Source: Trichoplax adhaerens
Lineage: Eukaryota; Animalia; Placozoa
Direction of reading: 5' to 3'
Assembly (NCBI RefSeq): GCF_000150275.1
Contig: NW_002060950.1
Coordinates: forward strand, 1,166,106 to 1,230,105
Length of the DNA stretch: 64,000 bases
The notes below the pieces were generated by a model, which was given only the letters and a program-made list of their open reading frames with translations, was not told the origin of the DNA and did no database searches. The translations under genes and the position numbers were made by a program. Positions 1-14,780 of this stretch are shown here, one piece after another (position 1 is the stretch's first letter; the number at the start of each line of letters is the position of its first letter).

Positions 1-3000
1 AAGCTGTGATACTACTCTAGGAAAGTCATGTTTTGGATGGCAGAGCGATTTAAATCTGTATAGTAAATATAAATACCAATTACATAATAAAGGGTACTAG
101 ATAATAGCAGGAGTAGATACTTTTTGTGGATATTTACTAACTTGTATATTTCTAAGTCGTTTAATCTGAAAAGATCTTCTAAACTGTTTAAATAAATAAT
201 ACGGCATTGACGCAAATTAATAAAACCTCTGTTTGTACGTAATTTTATCAAGCTTTGCAAAATGTAGTACTGAATTTATAACAAATTCAGAATTACGCGC
301 ATATGAGTAGAGAAGGTAGTGATCGATTTTCTATCAATTCTGGCTAGGCTGATACCAAAGTATTAATCTGTTATTTCAATTAACCTACACGATTATTTTT
401 TCCCTTGCTAAAAGCCCAAGTAAATTAGTTTGAGACATAATTAATGAAATTATTTCTAGTGACAGTGTTCGTAATTTTACTGCTATAAGTTAAGTATATT
501 ACTCTTATAAAGATTACATCAACCTTACTAAGATTTAAACGCTAGTTTCATACCTAATCTCTTAGTAGGAAGAGCCATTGATTTACAGGACGATTCTTCT
601 AATTACCTCTTTGGCAATGTTAAACACCTTGGCTAAAAATCGATGAAAATGCAGTGATATGATGGCAATACTGCAGAATTTATACCTGAACAGGTGGTAT
701 GAACATTGAGCTAAACCTTGTGGTCAAATTACAGTTATAGAGTTTGTAAACAGGAGGTATGGGATAGTAATACTATAGAAGATGAAAATTGACCTATGGA
801 CCGTATAATTGATCAAATGATCTTCGATCAGATTTTAACCTAACCAAGAATAGCGGAATGTCTGTTATAGGTGGGTAATAAAGTAACAACTGATACATCA
901 ATGCTTTTTAATAATTTTAATGGTATTTATCAATCTGCATAATGTTCTACCTCGTATTTTAGATTTCAGCAACAAATTCAGAATTTTATAGCAGTCTATA
1001 ATTAATTAATATATAATATGTATCGTACATAGCTTGACCGTCTCTATAGTTCTAAAGATCAGATTGGAGCGCGCTACGACTCAATTTTTTCAGTTTTATC
1101 CTCCATTTTGGTTTAATAAAGATACTGACCCCTATTTACTACTTGCAGCTAATAAATTTAATGTATTGCTAATCGATGATGACGATACCAGCATGTTTTT
1201 TGACTTACTAGGGTTCAAAGTTCAGACCCGGAATATATCTACATAAACAATTTTATTTTTTAGACTTTGTGCGTTGTAAATACTGGTACAGTAGCATGGG
1301 GGGGGGGTTGCCACTTACAAGTGTCAAACTATATCAAGGAGCAATTGCTAAGGAGTTCATGAGGTATAGGTAAAGAAAGAAATATATCGAGCCAAATTGA
1401 TACCATTTTTGCAATTACGTGCATGAGCGTAAGCTTTAGATTATTTAGGCTAGAGATATGGCTATGACGCGTTAATCATTTATGTATCGTTAAGCTTGCT
1501 GATCATCAAGATAAACCATGTTGTAGTAAATCTAGTCAACAGACATTATAGCAAAAGCTTAGAAATATTTACTAGTTGGTGCTAATTCAGAAAATTGACG
1601 ATATTCCAATTTTATTTTGTCTACCTAACATGAAATTGAAACCAAGCATAAGATATGCATAGTCATGATGATTTAAACCTTTAATTACCGATTACGTCAT
1701 GATGCCGCGGTACTATGCAGCTAATGTTCCTGAATTTACCGGTATACATCGAATATAGCATAAGCATGTCAACAGGATTATCCTGTTATGAACGACTTTT
1801 AGCAACCCATTACATCTACGGATATGAGTAAATCGGCTGATGCTTGTTTACCTAAGTAAAGAGCGAATATGCTAATAAAATCAATTAAACAGTATACATA
1901 AAACAATATCTCAACATATACAGTAGTATCGGTAATTTTATAAAGTGACTCTTACAATTTATAAAAAATTACGAATATCTACCCAGATAACTTAAATGAT
2001 TGGATAAATTGTATTTATAATTGATTGAATTAATCATAATACAGCATATCCAAGTAAAATCACAGTGCGTGCATACCCACTATATTGTATAGTAGAGTTT
2101 ATGTTATAATTATTTGAAATGTTTCCATTTCATAATAGTATCCCTACAGCATAAATGACTTTTAACAATAGTAGTGCTGATAGCACTGTGTTTAGTAGCA
2201 TGTGTTCAGCAACAGTAATACAAATTCCACTCTATTTAGTTATTTCGTAGGAATTAAAACCAAATAAATGAATTTATGGGCTAATCAATAGATATAGTTC
2301 TCAAGAAATGAACTCCATGCAGTACTTAGGACTAAAGCATAGTCTAATTGATATGAATATCAGTAGAGACCAAGCTTATGGAGGTGGTGAAATTTCATCT
2401 GTTGCATAGTACTGTTAAAAGCGTTCGCTAGAAAATTTGTTTCTATATTCATATCCTTCAATCCTATGGCTGCTATTGATATCTTGAAAGCGTGTATTAC
2501 TCAATAAAAATTTTTGAATTAACTAGGGAAAATAAATTATCAAAATAAATTATCAATTGAACGATTTTCTAATTCGATAATCTCCGTCTCCATATATCAC
2601 GCAATAATAAGGTCAGCAAGTGTAGATAATGCCTATTTTGATTATAGTCCGCCGAGTATACAGATATTATAATCTTGGCTGTTGCTAGGAGATATTATAA
2701 TCAATCACTACTTATGATAAAAATTGTTTACTAACTGAGTATCTGAAATCTTTATTCCATTAGAAGATATCCAAATATCGTAAAATGTTTCACAAACTGC
2801 TTGCATTGCTTTTATCTACCCAGTCATGATAAAATGAAATGGAGTAGCATATACTGTACAGTATCATAATTCACTAAGCTATGCTTAATTTCCATATAAT
2901 TGTACGATGCTCTGACTTTAAGTAGTGTCTGAATATCCTTGAAAATTATAGTTTATATTCCAAAATAATTTTCTAAGTGTAGTAAATTCTAGTTTACTTA

Positions 3001-4149
3001 CATACAACACAACTAAGACCAATACGTATGATCTTTATCACAAGCTGCATGATCATCAATGTAATCTACTACAGGGATAATTACTTTAATCACTATTACC
3101 TACGATTTACAGAATTAATCTAATTTGCTTTTAGCATTAGATAGATCTAACATTGTTAAGAAATCGTGATGCATAATGCATATTTACTACAGGAGAAATG
3201 ATAACTTTTTTATCCTATATTTATAATAATAACTGGCAAATAAATGTGCTGATTTATTTATAGTAAGAGAGGGTGTGATATTATGTGTAGTAAATGTAAA
3301 TTTCATTAAAAAATAATTTGCTCCACTAGCATTATTTTAGCTAATTGAGCGTTCAGTTTGATTCTCTACTAAGAAATTATTAGCGAAATAGACACGCTAA
3401 CGGCAACAAACCATAACTAGTCAATTATCCCTGTCTTTTGTTTTGCTCAGCCTGTTTGAGAAGAGATGGCTGTTAGAATTTAAGGACAAGTTATTTCTTA
3501 TTCATGCATGATCAATAATATTGTTAAAGGTTAGCTAAACTCATTCTGACAATGAATTCACTTTAAATCTATATGTATTCTAATAATGGTTCCGAAAAAT
3601 TCTTGAAAATATATTGGCACAGCTAGCAAGCTCAAATGTTACAAAGAATTAGGAGCAAATTGGACTACAGTCGAACTATTATTTAAAATTTTATATAATA
3701 TTTTCTTCTAATCAAGCAAAATGTAAAAGTTATTCGTGTATAATAAAGATGACTAGAGTATTGTTTCGAGTTAAAATGTGCATTTTATGACTTTTCTAAA
3801 TTTGTGAAATCTCATCTTGAAATGGTAAGCAATTTTATGTTCAATGTAACCATAAATAGTAATTTATACGTATAGTGATATATAGTGATTACTTGCATAC
3901 ATGTAATAGTTCAAGCAAGTAGTTGCCAGCATAGGAGATGCTAATTTTTCTTCTTCAAAAATGGTTGAAAAACTAGCACATCCAACATCCTTGATGATAT
4001 TATAAACAAATATTGAAGGCTACATTTCCAGGATATTCAAAATATAATCTACTTTACATTCTAAATTACAAGTAATTACATGATCAAATAGGTATAAAGA
4101 ATTAAATGGACAAACGGTGGATACTATAAATCTGATATAAATGCAAAGT

Positions 4150-4520
4150 TATAGGCATGAGTCCCTTTTGGAAGCTGTAAGCATCGATTAAAATTGCTTA
4201 TTATGTACAATGTCTACTTTAGTTTCTGTAAATCCTATCAAGAAAGAATACAGCGCTACCGTAATAAAGCGTTAAATTTAAGTATACTAATTTTTGATTC
4301 TTTAAAATACATACTAGTAGCTCTAAGTTAGATGCATGAATCCTCCAGTAGAAGCTATTAGCATCGATAAAAGCTACTCATTATGTATAAAATCTACCTT
4401 AATTTATCGGAAATTCTTTCAGAAAACAATACCGTACTAGCATAACAAAGCGTTCAATCTAAATATTCCAATTTTATTCTTCGAAATAGATACAGATAGC
4501 TTTTTCATTGATGCTTGAAT
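4150..4520. repeat. Diverged tandem duplication, ~180 bp unit, 2 copies plus start of a third
   Basis: gcatgagtccct...gaagctgtaagcatcgattaaa...aaagcgttaaatttaag (~4155) recurs as gcatgaatcctcc...gaagctattagcatcgataaaa...aaagcgttcaatctaaa (~4334). Boundaries approximate. Confidence 0.7.
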
Positions 4521-7500
4521 GGAAAAGAATAATTTATTATTTGCATCAATCGCAACTTATTGTTATTGGTATAAAGCAATATTAAGTGAAGAAAAAATCA
4601 CAATTGACAGCTCCTGTGATTATCATCCAGCTAATTGCAGCCCATTTTATTCGCTCTATACACTTAGTGGAATGTTCTAGGAAAGAATCATTAAAAAGGA
4701 CTAATCTAAAAAATCCTAATTGTAGATAGGAATATTTACAATTCCTAAGTGATTGTTTTGTCTAAAATCAAACCCAATCATAACTTCCCAAACCCTGACG
4801 ATATTAAAGATCAATGATATTATTAACGAATTGACTTTATTCTTGATTGATCATTCTTTATTTATTAACAGTGATGCTATTGCTTCCTTCCTCGTTCATT
4901 GATTATTGTGAAGATTGAATATTTTAAAAATTAATAAATCAAATGTCTGTGGTACTTTGAGTAATCTTTAATTATCGATGTCAAAGAAATTATTGAAGTG
5001 AACAGCGTTAAACAATTAGGATATGCTCCTGTTTTCGATTGATTGCTTCAATTTATACCAGAGCAAATTTAAAAAGAGGAATGGTGTTATAGATCGGATA
5101 TGAGTAAAGCAGGAGGAGAAAACAGCCTGGATACGTGCTTAGAATATGCAATTGTTCAAAAACTAGCGGATTTAATTTATATTGTCACGAGAATAAGATA
5201 TAATTTTAGTATTGATATAGTTTATATCATATATAATTTATTTAATTTATAATCATGATAAATAAATGGTAGAATTTCGATATAGCAGTCTTTCTTAAGT
5301 CGAATAAATTAAAAAATAGCGATTGAGTATTATTACTAATTAATACTTTAAAGCTATAACTTTAAAGTAGTGATATGCAATACATGTAGATCATGCAATG
5401 CATATCTTCTACAAATCTAGCTTGATTACCCATAGACTAAAACTTTTGTTTTGCCTCTAAGTGAAAGTTTTTCTTGGAAGCAGTTTAGGGTCATTGAATA
5501 TTATTGGTAAATAAGATGAAAAGGTGTTCACTTCTAATTCTATTAATATTATATTATCATTATTGACAAGCGATATTGATTGCAATAGTTAAATCGCAGT
5601 CCAAACGACTACTTCGATGTTAATATTTCAGCCAACCACGTTTTAGCAAACATTGACATGGCTAAATTTTGTTACCTAGTATCTATAACGGTGAAGTTAA
5701 TCTGGTAATGTAAAGTAGAAAAGTAACTTTGCATCACAGAAATCTTGGATCTCTTGTCAGCGCGTTACCTTTCAATGCTACAACAAATTTATTCCGGACT
5801 GTTAGCCAGTAGAAAATTAGATGATTTTAAAGACGACGCTGTCTTAATCGCGTTCTTCTTTTTAATATTAATAATATCGAGCAAAATATTGTGTTATCAA
5901 TAGTAAACCATATCTTATTATCTTTCTAACCAGACCCATTTTGACATACGATTCTATAACAACTGTAGAGTAGAATTAATGGCTTATAACGGTTTCTGTA
6001 ATTACAGCACTAAGGTATTATACTTGAAGTTAGAATTTGAAAATAAGGATTCTTTGATGGAGAATTATGTCAATGTTGTTTTTAGAAAGACATCATAAGT
6101 TTGCATCATGGTGGATAGATACTGTTGAGCTTTTGTGATTGATTAATTTTAATGCGATAAAAATAAACGTCATTGAATTGGCAGTTGTTTATTACAATTT
6201 CGAGATTTAAAGTTTATATAAATTTACTAACTTAAAACAGATGCTAGACAAACTTGTTTACGTACATCATATAAGAGTTATAGTGCGTGTTTATGATTTG
6301 GTTGATTAATATATTATCGATAGAGGTAAAAGCTGAAGTAATATATGCAGCTTTATACTTTCCATACATAATATCGACCGTTTATATTTTTAGCTTAGCA
6401 GATGGATCATTCTTTATTCATAAGTGGGATGAATAAAAGGAGTGAAAAGAGTTTTTTGATTATTTCAAGTTGAATTCCGTTTAAAATTTACTGGAAGATC
6501 TACTAAGAATAGGAAGGCAGATTGATTTACTGACAGATATAAAATTAAATTCTCATTTCAAACTAACCAGAAGTCAACTTATGAGCTTCTTTGCAGGTTA
6601 TAGATAACCTCATTCTAAACAATCATCATAATAATAAATGTTTCACCAGGGAAAAAAAGAATGAACTGATAGAAATGGGAAAATATTTAAATGCCATTAA
6701 TAATGGATAGTCAATGGAATAATGAATATAAGTTTAATATCTTATAAATTATCGGTAGATCATTTCATCAATTCTTAGGATGATTTTAATAGAATTAATA
6801 AAATCAATATAAATATCTATAGGAAACACGTGAAAATTATATCGTACGGCTTTCATAATCTTCTCAACTAGTTTGAATAAGATAAATAAAGTATTAGAAA
6901 TCTAATATAGTATACATTAAAAGATGAAACAAATACTCGCAGATGTGATAAAGTATTGGATGATTCATTGAACATTGTTTCACATACAGTTCTCGTTAAT
7001 AATTTCGAAGTAATAGTATCAATTTCCATTAACTGCAGGGATTATCAACGGTGATCAAATTCTCGCATTTATGGTAGCTCAGCTCATGGTAAGCAAATAA
7101 TAAAGCTTTCATTCGTCCATTTTTGCTCTCTTATAATTATGTTGCAACTATTTCGTGAACTTATCTTTGATGTTCATCTTGTTTTCACAATCGACGTTTA
7201 TACTAATGTTTTTCTCCATCAATCTCACTTTTGTTCACTGTACTAGAATTGTTTTTCCTATTTATTAGCAATACGGTATAAATGATATTATTTTAAGTAA
7301 GATACATATCCGCTATGATCTTGTTTTCATTTAAATTATGGCAGGATTAGTTAGCGCAATACACTTATGTTGCAAACTAGTTCTGAGGCAAGGTAGCGAA
7401 AAAGCTAAATCTACAAAATCTTCTTCCTGAAGTATCAGAGCACTAAAATACCTCTAGAAACGCTTCGGAATAGTTATTCCTAGTCGTACAGATTCTCCGT

Positions 7501-10500
7501 GATTTGTACGCCTTTAACTTTACATTAAGTACTACATTTAAGAACTAATACAAAATCTCGGGTTTTACACTATGCTATTTTACAGTAACTAGAAGTTATA
7601 GTTGGTATCAAACGATAACGCAGATAGTAAATTTATATTTGAATGCTAGATTAATAAGTTGATATTCAAGGGCATGGATATCCGATGACTAATAAAAGAT
7701 AGTTAGATTAAAATATGTATCAAAACACAATATACAATCTAACGTAAATTAGTCACAAGAACATATCGGAGCACAAGATATGTACGGTATAGCCTATCTC
7801 GTAATCTAAATAAAGCCATACCAGTAAACATCGCTAACTTCTCTACGGTGAGATGGCAATATGAATCCATGGCCTTTTATCATATTTACATTTGTTATAA
7901 TGATCAATAAATCAATCATCAACATTAGTTGATCAACGCTTCCCTTCCATGACATTAAAGTTCAGTTATTTTGCTTATTCCCTAAGAAGACACGTATACA
8001 TCCCATTTTCTGGAATTTACAGCGATTCTTCTTTTCGGATAGCTCCTTGTCAATCACTTCTGTCGTGATTGCTTCATTCAATATGTACGGCATTTTACTA
8101 ACTTTAAATCAAAATTTTTTCTCTTTGTTATAATGTACTTCACTGTCTGTCATTTCATCTTCCTTTAATCGTATCAATTTGATTAAAGCAATAAAATTGA
8201 TAAAAAGAATAAACCGCACATATTTCTAGTATAAGAACAACACCATTAAGACTAAATACAGATGCATTAATAATGCCGATGAAGAAGCCATGGTGAGCAA
8301 TATATAAAATCTTACTTAAACTATAGATAAGACATGTGATTTATGCTGAACTTATTTATTTATAGCATAGATCTCATTTCCTTCTATGTACTGTATACAC
8401 ATCCTGGAAAAACTCCTATACCAGTACAATATATATTTTGTCACTACTTTTTATTAAGCGTATTTTCATATAATTACATTGCAGTTATATAAGATGTTTG
8501 CAAAATAAGATTTCATTTTATTGACCATTGACACTTTACTCTATTCGTCGGTACTCATTTTCTTTTAGTCACTTTGTAGTTACTTCGTATATATATTTCT
8601 AGCAAAAATCTTGAGCCTTTTCTCTGGATAGATAATTATTTAAGTTATTTTAATTTACTGTCAGTATTATAAACGACATCACGATAGATATACGAAACTT
8701 TCGAATACGTAGTTTCACTTGGACCAAGGTATATTCTATTGCTTTCTGTTCTAGACGAATAAATATTTATAATCAAGGATTATATCACAGAATCTCAATC
8801 TTTTGACCCTGTTATTCTTGCAAATAATATCAATTATTAATATTATCTTTTATCTGAATAGACGAGAAAAAGTGCTTGTAGTATATCATATAGTCTAATT
8901 GAAATTGTTTAGACTGATCAAATAATCATCCCAGGATAAATTGTTCACAAATATTTTCAATATATCAAAGCTTTTACGATTGATTGATATTATTAATTAA
9001 ACTGTTATCGATCATTCTAATTATTATTATACGGATAGAAGCAGGTGTTTTATTCGCAGTTAGTGTTGACAATTCTATTTTATAACAAATCTTGAGCTAT
9101 TGAACATTCGTGATGCCTTCAATTAAAAATGCAAATTATTACGTACTGGCGACTGATTACATTATTTAATCAATTCAGTAACCGAATTTCACAACAAAAT
9201 TATAGCATCACTTGATTTATGTAATCTTAATACCTTTGTTACGATTATTCAAATCAGTTTCTGAAAAAAGTAAGTATTTTATTGCTATTGGTTTTAATTT
9301 GAACGTTAAATATTAATAATCGACACTTTTAAAGTCTCCAGTAAGGGTTATTATTAGCTATTGATCTAATTTGTTGTTCAAATATGGTATAGCATTGGCT
9401 GACAGTAATTGATTGTTAGCATTTAGATTTAGGGAAAAGATTACTTAAAGTTGAGGCTGTTGGTGGAAGTAGAGAAGAAAGAGTAAAAGAAAATACGTTA
9501 TATTTCAAGAATAATCAAGCAACTGATCATGATCATTACTAATCGTTGCATTGAGTTGAACATAAGAAGGTAAATTAATCGTTTTATAGATAAATATTCA
9601 ATTAGAAACTGCATAATTCTCCCTTAACATTGAAATTTTGACTGCAAATACTGAAAATATCAATAAATTCAATATTGTAGTGATATTTAGGAAAAGAGGA
9701 ATTTTAATCCATCCACTTCCAACCAATCATTTGGTCTAAGCCCTAACAGAATACTCTATATCATGGTATGTTGTGTGAAAGAACATGATTATGGTACTTA
9801 AATGGTTAAAAATTTTGCATGTATGAAGTTTAGTAATTGCAATATTCTGCTAACTGGATAACACTGATATCTTCATATAATATAGGACTTTTTCGTTGAT
9901 TTAGAGTTTCTTAGCTTATAATTTTTTACCTTATTTATACCCTACATATAATGTGGCTGTTACGGTGAACTCCGGGAATTAGTTACTCTCGGGAATAAGC
10001 AGCAATCTCTGCAGTATACTTGCTCAAGAATGAATTGATATTAAATCTTGTTAATTACTTTTATTTCTATAATTTTAATAGCTTTCACGTAATAGAGGAA
10101 TTAGCTGTGAATTCAAAATTAATTCTTTCTTTTATATAGCACCTATAATGCGATGTTAATGCTTAGGACTACATCTTAAATCTATGTTTATGTTTCATGA
10201 AATAATGGTAATAGCCAGAAAGCACAAAATGCATTAGTTATGAATTTGAATCGTGGCTTTAATTTACCTACCGAACCTTAAAGAAGGGAATTATTTGATG
10301 AAGCTTTCTTAGTTCAATTCTCTTCTAATGATATTATAAAATATCTAATCTTAAGCATTCAAAGGTATTATTTAAACAGTTAGGATAGCATTTTAGCAAT
10401 TGTAGGGCAAAGTTAACATGTGATTGAGAACCGATGTTCATTAAATGTACTCTATTTTCCTTCTTTTAACTCAAAGCAGAGTTTTCAAATCTTTCTGACA

Positions 10501-13500
10501 GCAATTCAAATTACTTAAACGCAAAATATGTCAAAATTATTCAATTTAGAAATGAATTAAAAACTTGTAGAAAGGACGAATAGGCAATTATTTTGACGAT
10601 GACATGATGTAATGTAAATTAATTCATCAAAGGGCTAGAAAAATTATCACTTCTATGTTGTAAATTTGACCTGATAATTTTAATCCACTTACATTATCTA
10701 CTTTTGATGAATAAACAGCCAGTTTGCGGCCTTTTATAATACTTTAATAGATAAACTGGAAATTGACCTTTCGATAAACATACACTCTATTGGCCTATAC
10801 AATCATCAAGCTTACTTTCATCAGTTCTATACTGATTTCGGAATACATTTAAAATTTTCCTCAAGTAATTTTAAATTAGCCTTGTCTAATATGCCACATT
10901 ATGAATATTATCATCATGAAGCTATTTGAATATAATAATCATACTCATCTACTTAAACATCAAAAAAATTTTAATCTATTTATCTATTGACTTCTGACTA
11001 TATAGTACTGAATGATTTGAAGGAATCATCTTTTTCTTCGTCAGACAGCAAATCATTTTATGAAATAAGCTTCACGAGGAGGCAGGAGGGGAGGGTCGAT
11101 AGCTTAGAGCACATGATTATTGCAGTGTTACAGTGTTAAATACTGTATTACAGTAGAAATAACTATGTTAGGATAATTCTGTTAGACTATCCTTATTTAG
11201 TTAACTTCTAATTTGGATATACTGTATTTTAATATAGCACTGACTTTTTATGACAGTGACACTTATACACATACTGAAATTAATAGTTCTAATAGGGAAT
11301 GCAAATCATCTGCTTACAGTTCGAATCATTGTGATTGTAATTTACTTATAGTAGACTGTAAATTATCATGGAAATGTTCCGTGATAGGACATATCGTAAT
11401 CTGACTATTCTGTATTAGTCATTATATGTCTATGTTCGTAAATACTGTTGTCTGCATTAAGGGAGCAGTAGCTAAAATTAATATCTAATTCAGTAAATGA
11501 TTCTAATGTTAATTGTATTAACTATGACTCATGAACTATTGAGGAATAGTATATAAATGCAGTATATCGTGAAATAAAGAAGAATTGTCCAACTTAGTGT
11601 TTAACGTAAAATACGAGGCGTTTAAGTCTTTGTGTAGTCTGCTAGTAGAGCAAAAGTGTTTGTGATAGTGCAGATATCGTTCCTTGATACGTGGTTCAAG
11701 GAATTGACTTATTGATCGTATATTGCGTTATCTTGTTGCAAAGCTGTTTTGTGACATGCAGTAAATAAAATAGATCAAAATATCTGAGATTGGTCTAAGA
11801 CAAAAGAACGAGGAAAAGGTATCAGTTTGAAAAGAAATAATCAATGTCTTATTGATTAAGTTCATTGCAATACCTATCTCATGGAGAAGTTATTTATAGA
11901 TTGTAAATGAGGAAAATTATTATATTCTCTATACATATCAATAAGTCAATATATTGTAAAGAGCCAAAAAATCTTTTCTATTTTCTATTTTATATTCTGT
12001 ACTAGGATATAAACTATTGAGTCATTTAATTGTATTCGTTTATAGTTAGTTCAATAGTCATTATAGGAACAGAAATAGTTATTACTTGCGACCATTTATG
12101 AGAAGATGTCATTTTTATTATTTTTAATAGAATGGCTTAACTTATTAATACGTGCAAGATCTATATACAGGACATGATATCTAACCGCAGCTTCCACAAG
12201 CATCCATAAAATGTTGTTTTATCCTTTAAGCCAATATTGAGCATACTGCAGTCTATCAAATGATATATATCTACAAAAACACTATCGCACATGCACAATA
12301 CTGGATATAAAAATTAGTTATTAACTTACTTAAATAAGTATAATCAATGCTTAATTTGAATGATTTAAAGATATTACTAAATCAACTTAAGTATCGAGAA
12401 ATATTTACTTTTTACAAACTATTGATATAATAGCATTTTATTTATTATATTATTCACCCCTTAGTAATAGACTGCAGTTGGTAATCAAAATATTTATTAC
12501 TATCGCAATACATTTTCTACTTCGTAGCCTTCAATCTCATTACAATAAATAGAAGCATCTCTCGTTTCAGAAACATCTAGCAGGCTTTTTTTATCGATTA
12601 TGAGCTTTTGTCTTCTAAAATAGTCTCCTCGTTTAGATCAAGACAGTTAATAGAAAGCTTTTGTAGTTCATGATGCATTACAAACATCTTTTATCTACTT
12701 TAGACCTGTATTTTACTGTCATTCTTTCTCTTTCAAATCAACAGACAGAAATATGTTTAGTCCAAGATACATCAATAAAACTTTATCTGCCTTAGAGCTC
12801 TACCTTATATAATAGTCTTCCATATCTAAGTCAATAAACAGAACTTTTATAGTCCAAGACATGTCAAGTACAAAAAACTCGAGGTATTATGGATTACTAT
12901 CGTAAATAATAGTCTCTGATGTCCAAATCAACAAATGGAATTGTACTACATTTTGTCTAAGAAAGAACAAATAGACATTTCATTAATGCAGACTTATTCA
13001 ATCAGTCATAGTTTAAAACCTACTTAGGATTCAATGAAATTTAAAAAATTTTTTATAATAAAGAAGTAACTGTCAGTCAAAGTTCAATTATCTTATCGGC
13101 TAATAATGATCGATCTAAATCGTATGAAAATTGTTGACTTACGGTATTTTAACTAAACAGCAACAGTAAAAAAATCGTTGACACAAACATCTGACAGTTA
13201 AATAATGTCGCAATATCGAAACGAGTAATTAGTCGCTGTCTTTGAAGTCGTTTTTTCTTGTCTGCAATCATCGCAGTCACTATGATAAGCATCTTTGTAT
13301 AAGTAAAATTGGCAGCTTTATTTCATTGATGCATAAACAACTTGGTTTAACGATAAATGACACTCGAAAGCAGAAAATATAATGAAAGAGATAGCCATCG
13401 AGTGTACGTTATTACATATTCAATCTATCTAATAATAAGGTAGTGACTCCAAAACAAAAATGTTGCCTTAGAAACGAACTATTTATGATAATTTCACTTC

Positions 13501-14780
13501 GATACTGCGGTATAACTAAATTTTCCCTCAGTAATTGGTTTTATCGTATAATTGTGATCAGTGTACTGCATTTGGACTCATATCCTACATTTGTGATATT
13601 GAGACTGTAGTTAGATAAAAGTATTATTTTTTTCATTTTTATGGATGGTTTGTGTTTTAAAATTATGAACTATTGGCATTGCTGCTGTAAGGAATAAGTG
13701 GAATATCAAATTACCTTTTAACACAATTTGAACCAAAATTGATTGCTGATGACGTAGCGCAAAAATCACTTAGTCATCATTTTACTATCTCTAGTCTCAT
13801 CCAAGTTAAACTAGGCTAAACTCTAATTATTATCTGATAGTAAAACTAAAAGTACTAACAATTACGTTTTGGTATCTCTTCACAGACTGACTTGATTCTT
13901 GACTTCCGATATATTCTTGACAAATAGATTCTTTATTATTTCACTAGCATATAGAAAAAACTCTTCACGACCTTTTATTTATACTTGCTTATGAAATGAA
14001 TTTTATTAAGCCGTAGCAAATGAAGCTTATTATAATCTAGGGTGTTGTAATACGCCAACAGATAAGCTTGATGCTGACATTTAGCAATTTTATTCCTTTT
14101 CTTTCTTATAATTTACTCTAGCAAACATTACTATTGTGTAATACATCATACGAAAGGCTTTTTATCCATTTAGACATATGATAGTATTACGAGTTATGAT
14201 ATCGTTTACAAACAACTAAATAAGAACTACAGAACGGTTCATTTTCTCTCTGATTTAAAATTTTATCTCCAAACCAAAATAATCTTTAAGCATGTCCAAT
14301 CGATAGATAGCATATACTCTTTTTTGTGACAATAAGCTAAAGGTTAATATAGAAAGCGAAACATTATAAATTTTACAGAAGGATCATTTACAAGACTATC
14401 GCTAAGTGACTTAAGTAGTTGACTTTTATGATCATTATATGATTACCCGTATTTGACAAGCTCAAAGAATATTTTGGGTAGTAAATAAAATTTTAAATCG
14501 GATGGAAAAAAATGCAGCTATATATGTTCTTATTTCGTTGTTTGCAAACGATATTGCAGCTCAAAACAATATCATGTGTCTAAATGGATAAAAAATCTTT
14601 GGAGAATTTGATCCATGATGACGCAATATTCCCTTTGAATAAGGGTGTTATCATAAAATGTTATATTTACAATACTCTACATAAATATGTCTCGATAATA
14701 TCTATTTCAATTTTGATTCCATTTGTCTTTCATGTCTCTAATTGTCTGACCAACTATATTCTTCTTCTTCTATTATACAG

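Noticed and set aside
2100-2480. Possible decayed membrane-protein coding fragments on the minus strand
   Set aside because: Frequent stops and no recognisable motif; hydrophobic translation is expected from AT-rich DNA
7000-8300. Purine-rich minus-strand stretches resembling degenerate coding sequence
   Set aside because: No consistent frame or family motif; cannot be supported without a homology search
9955-10010. tacggtgaactccgggaatt... resembling a DNA transposon end
   Set aside because: No matching inverted partner or target-site duplication found in the window
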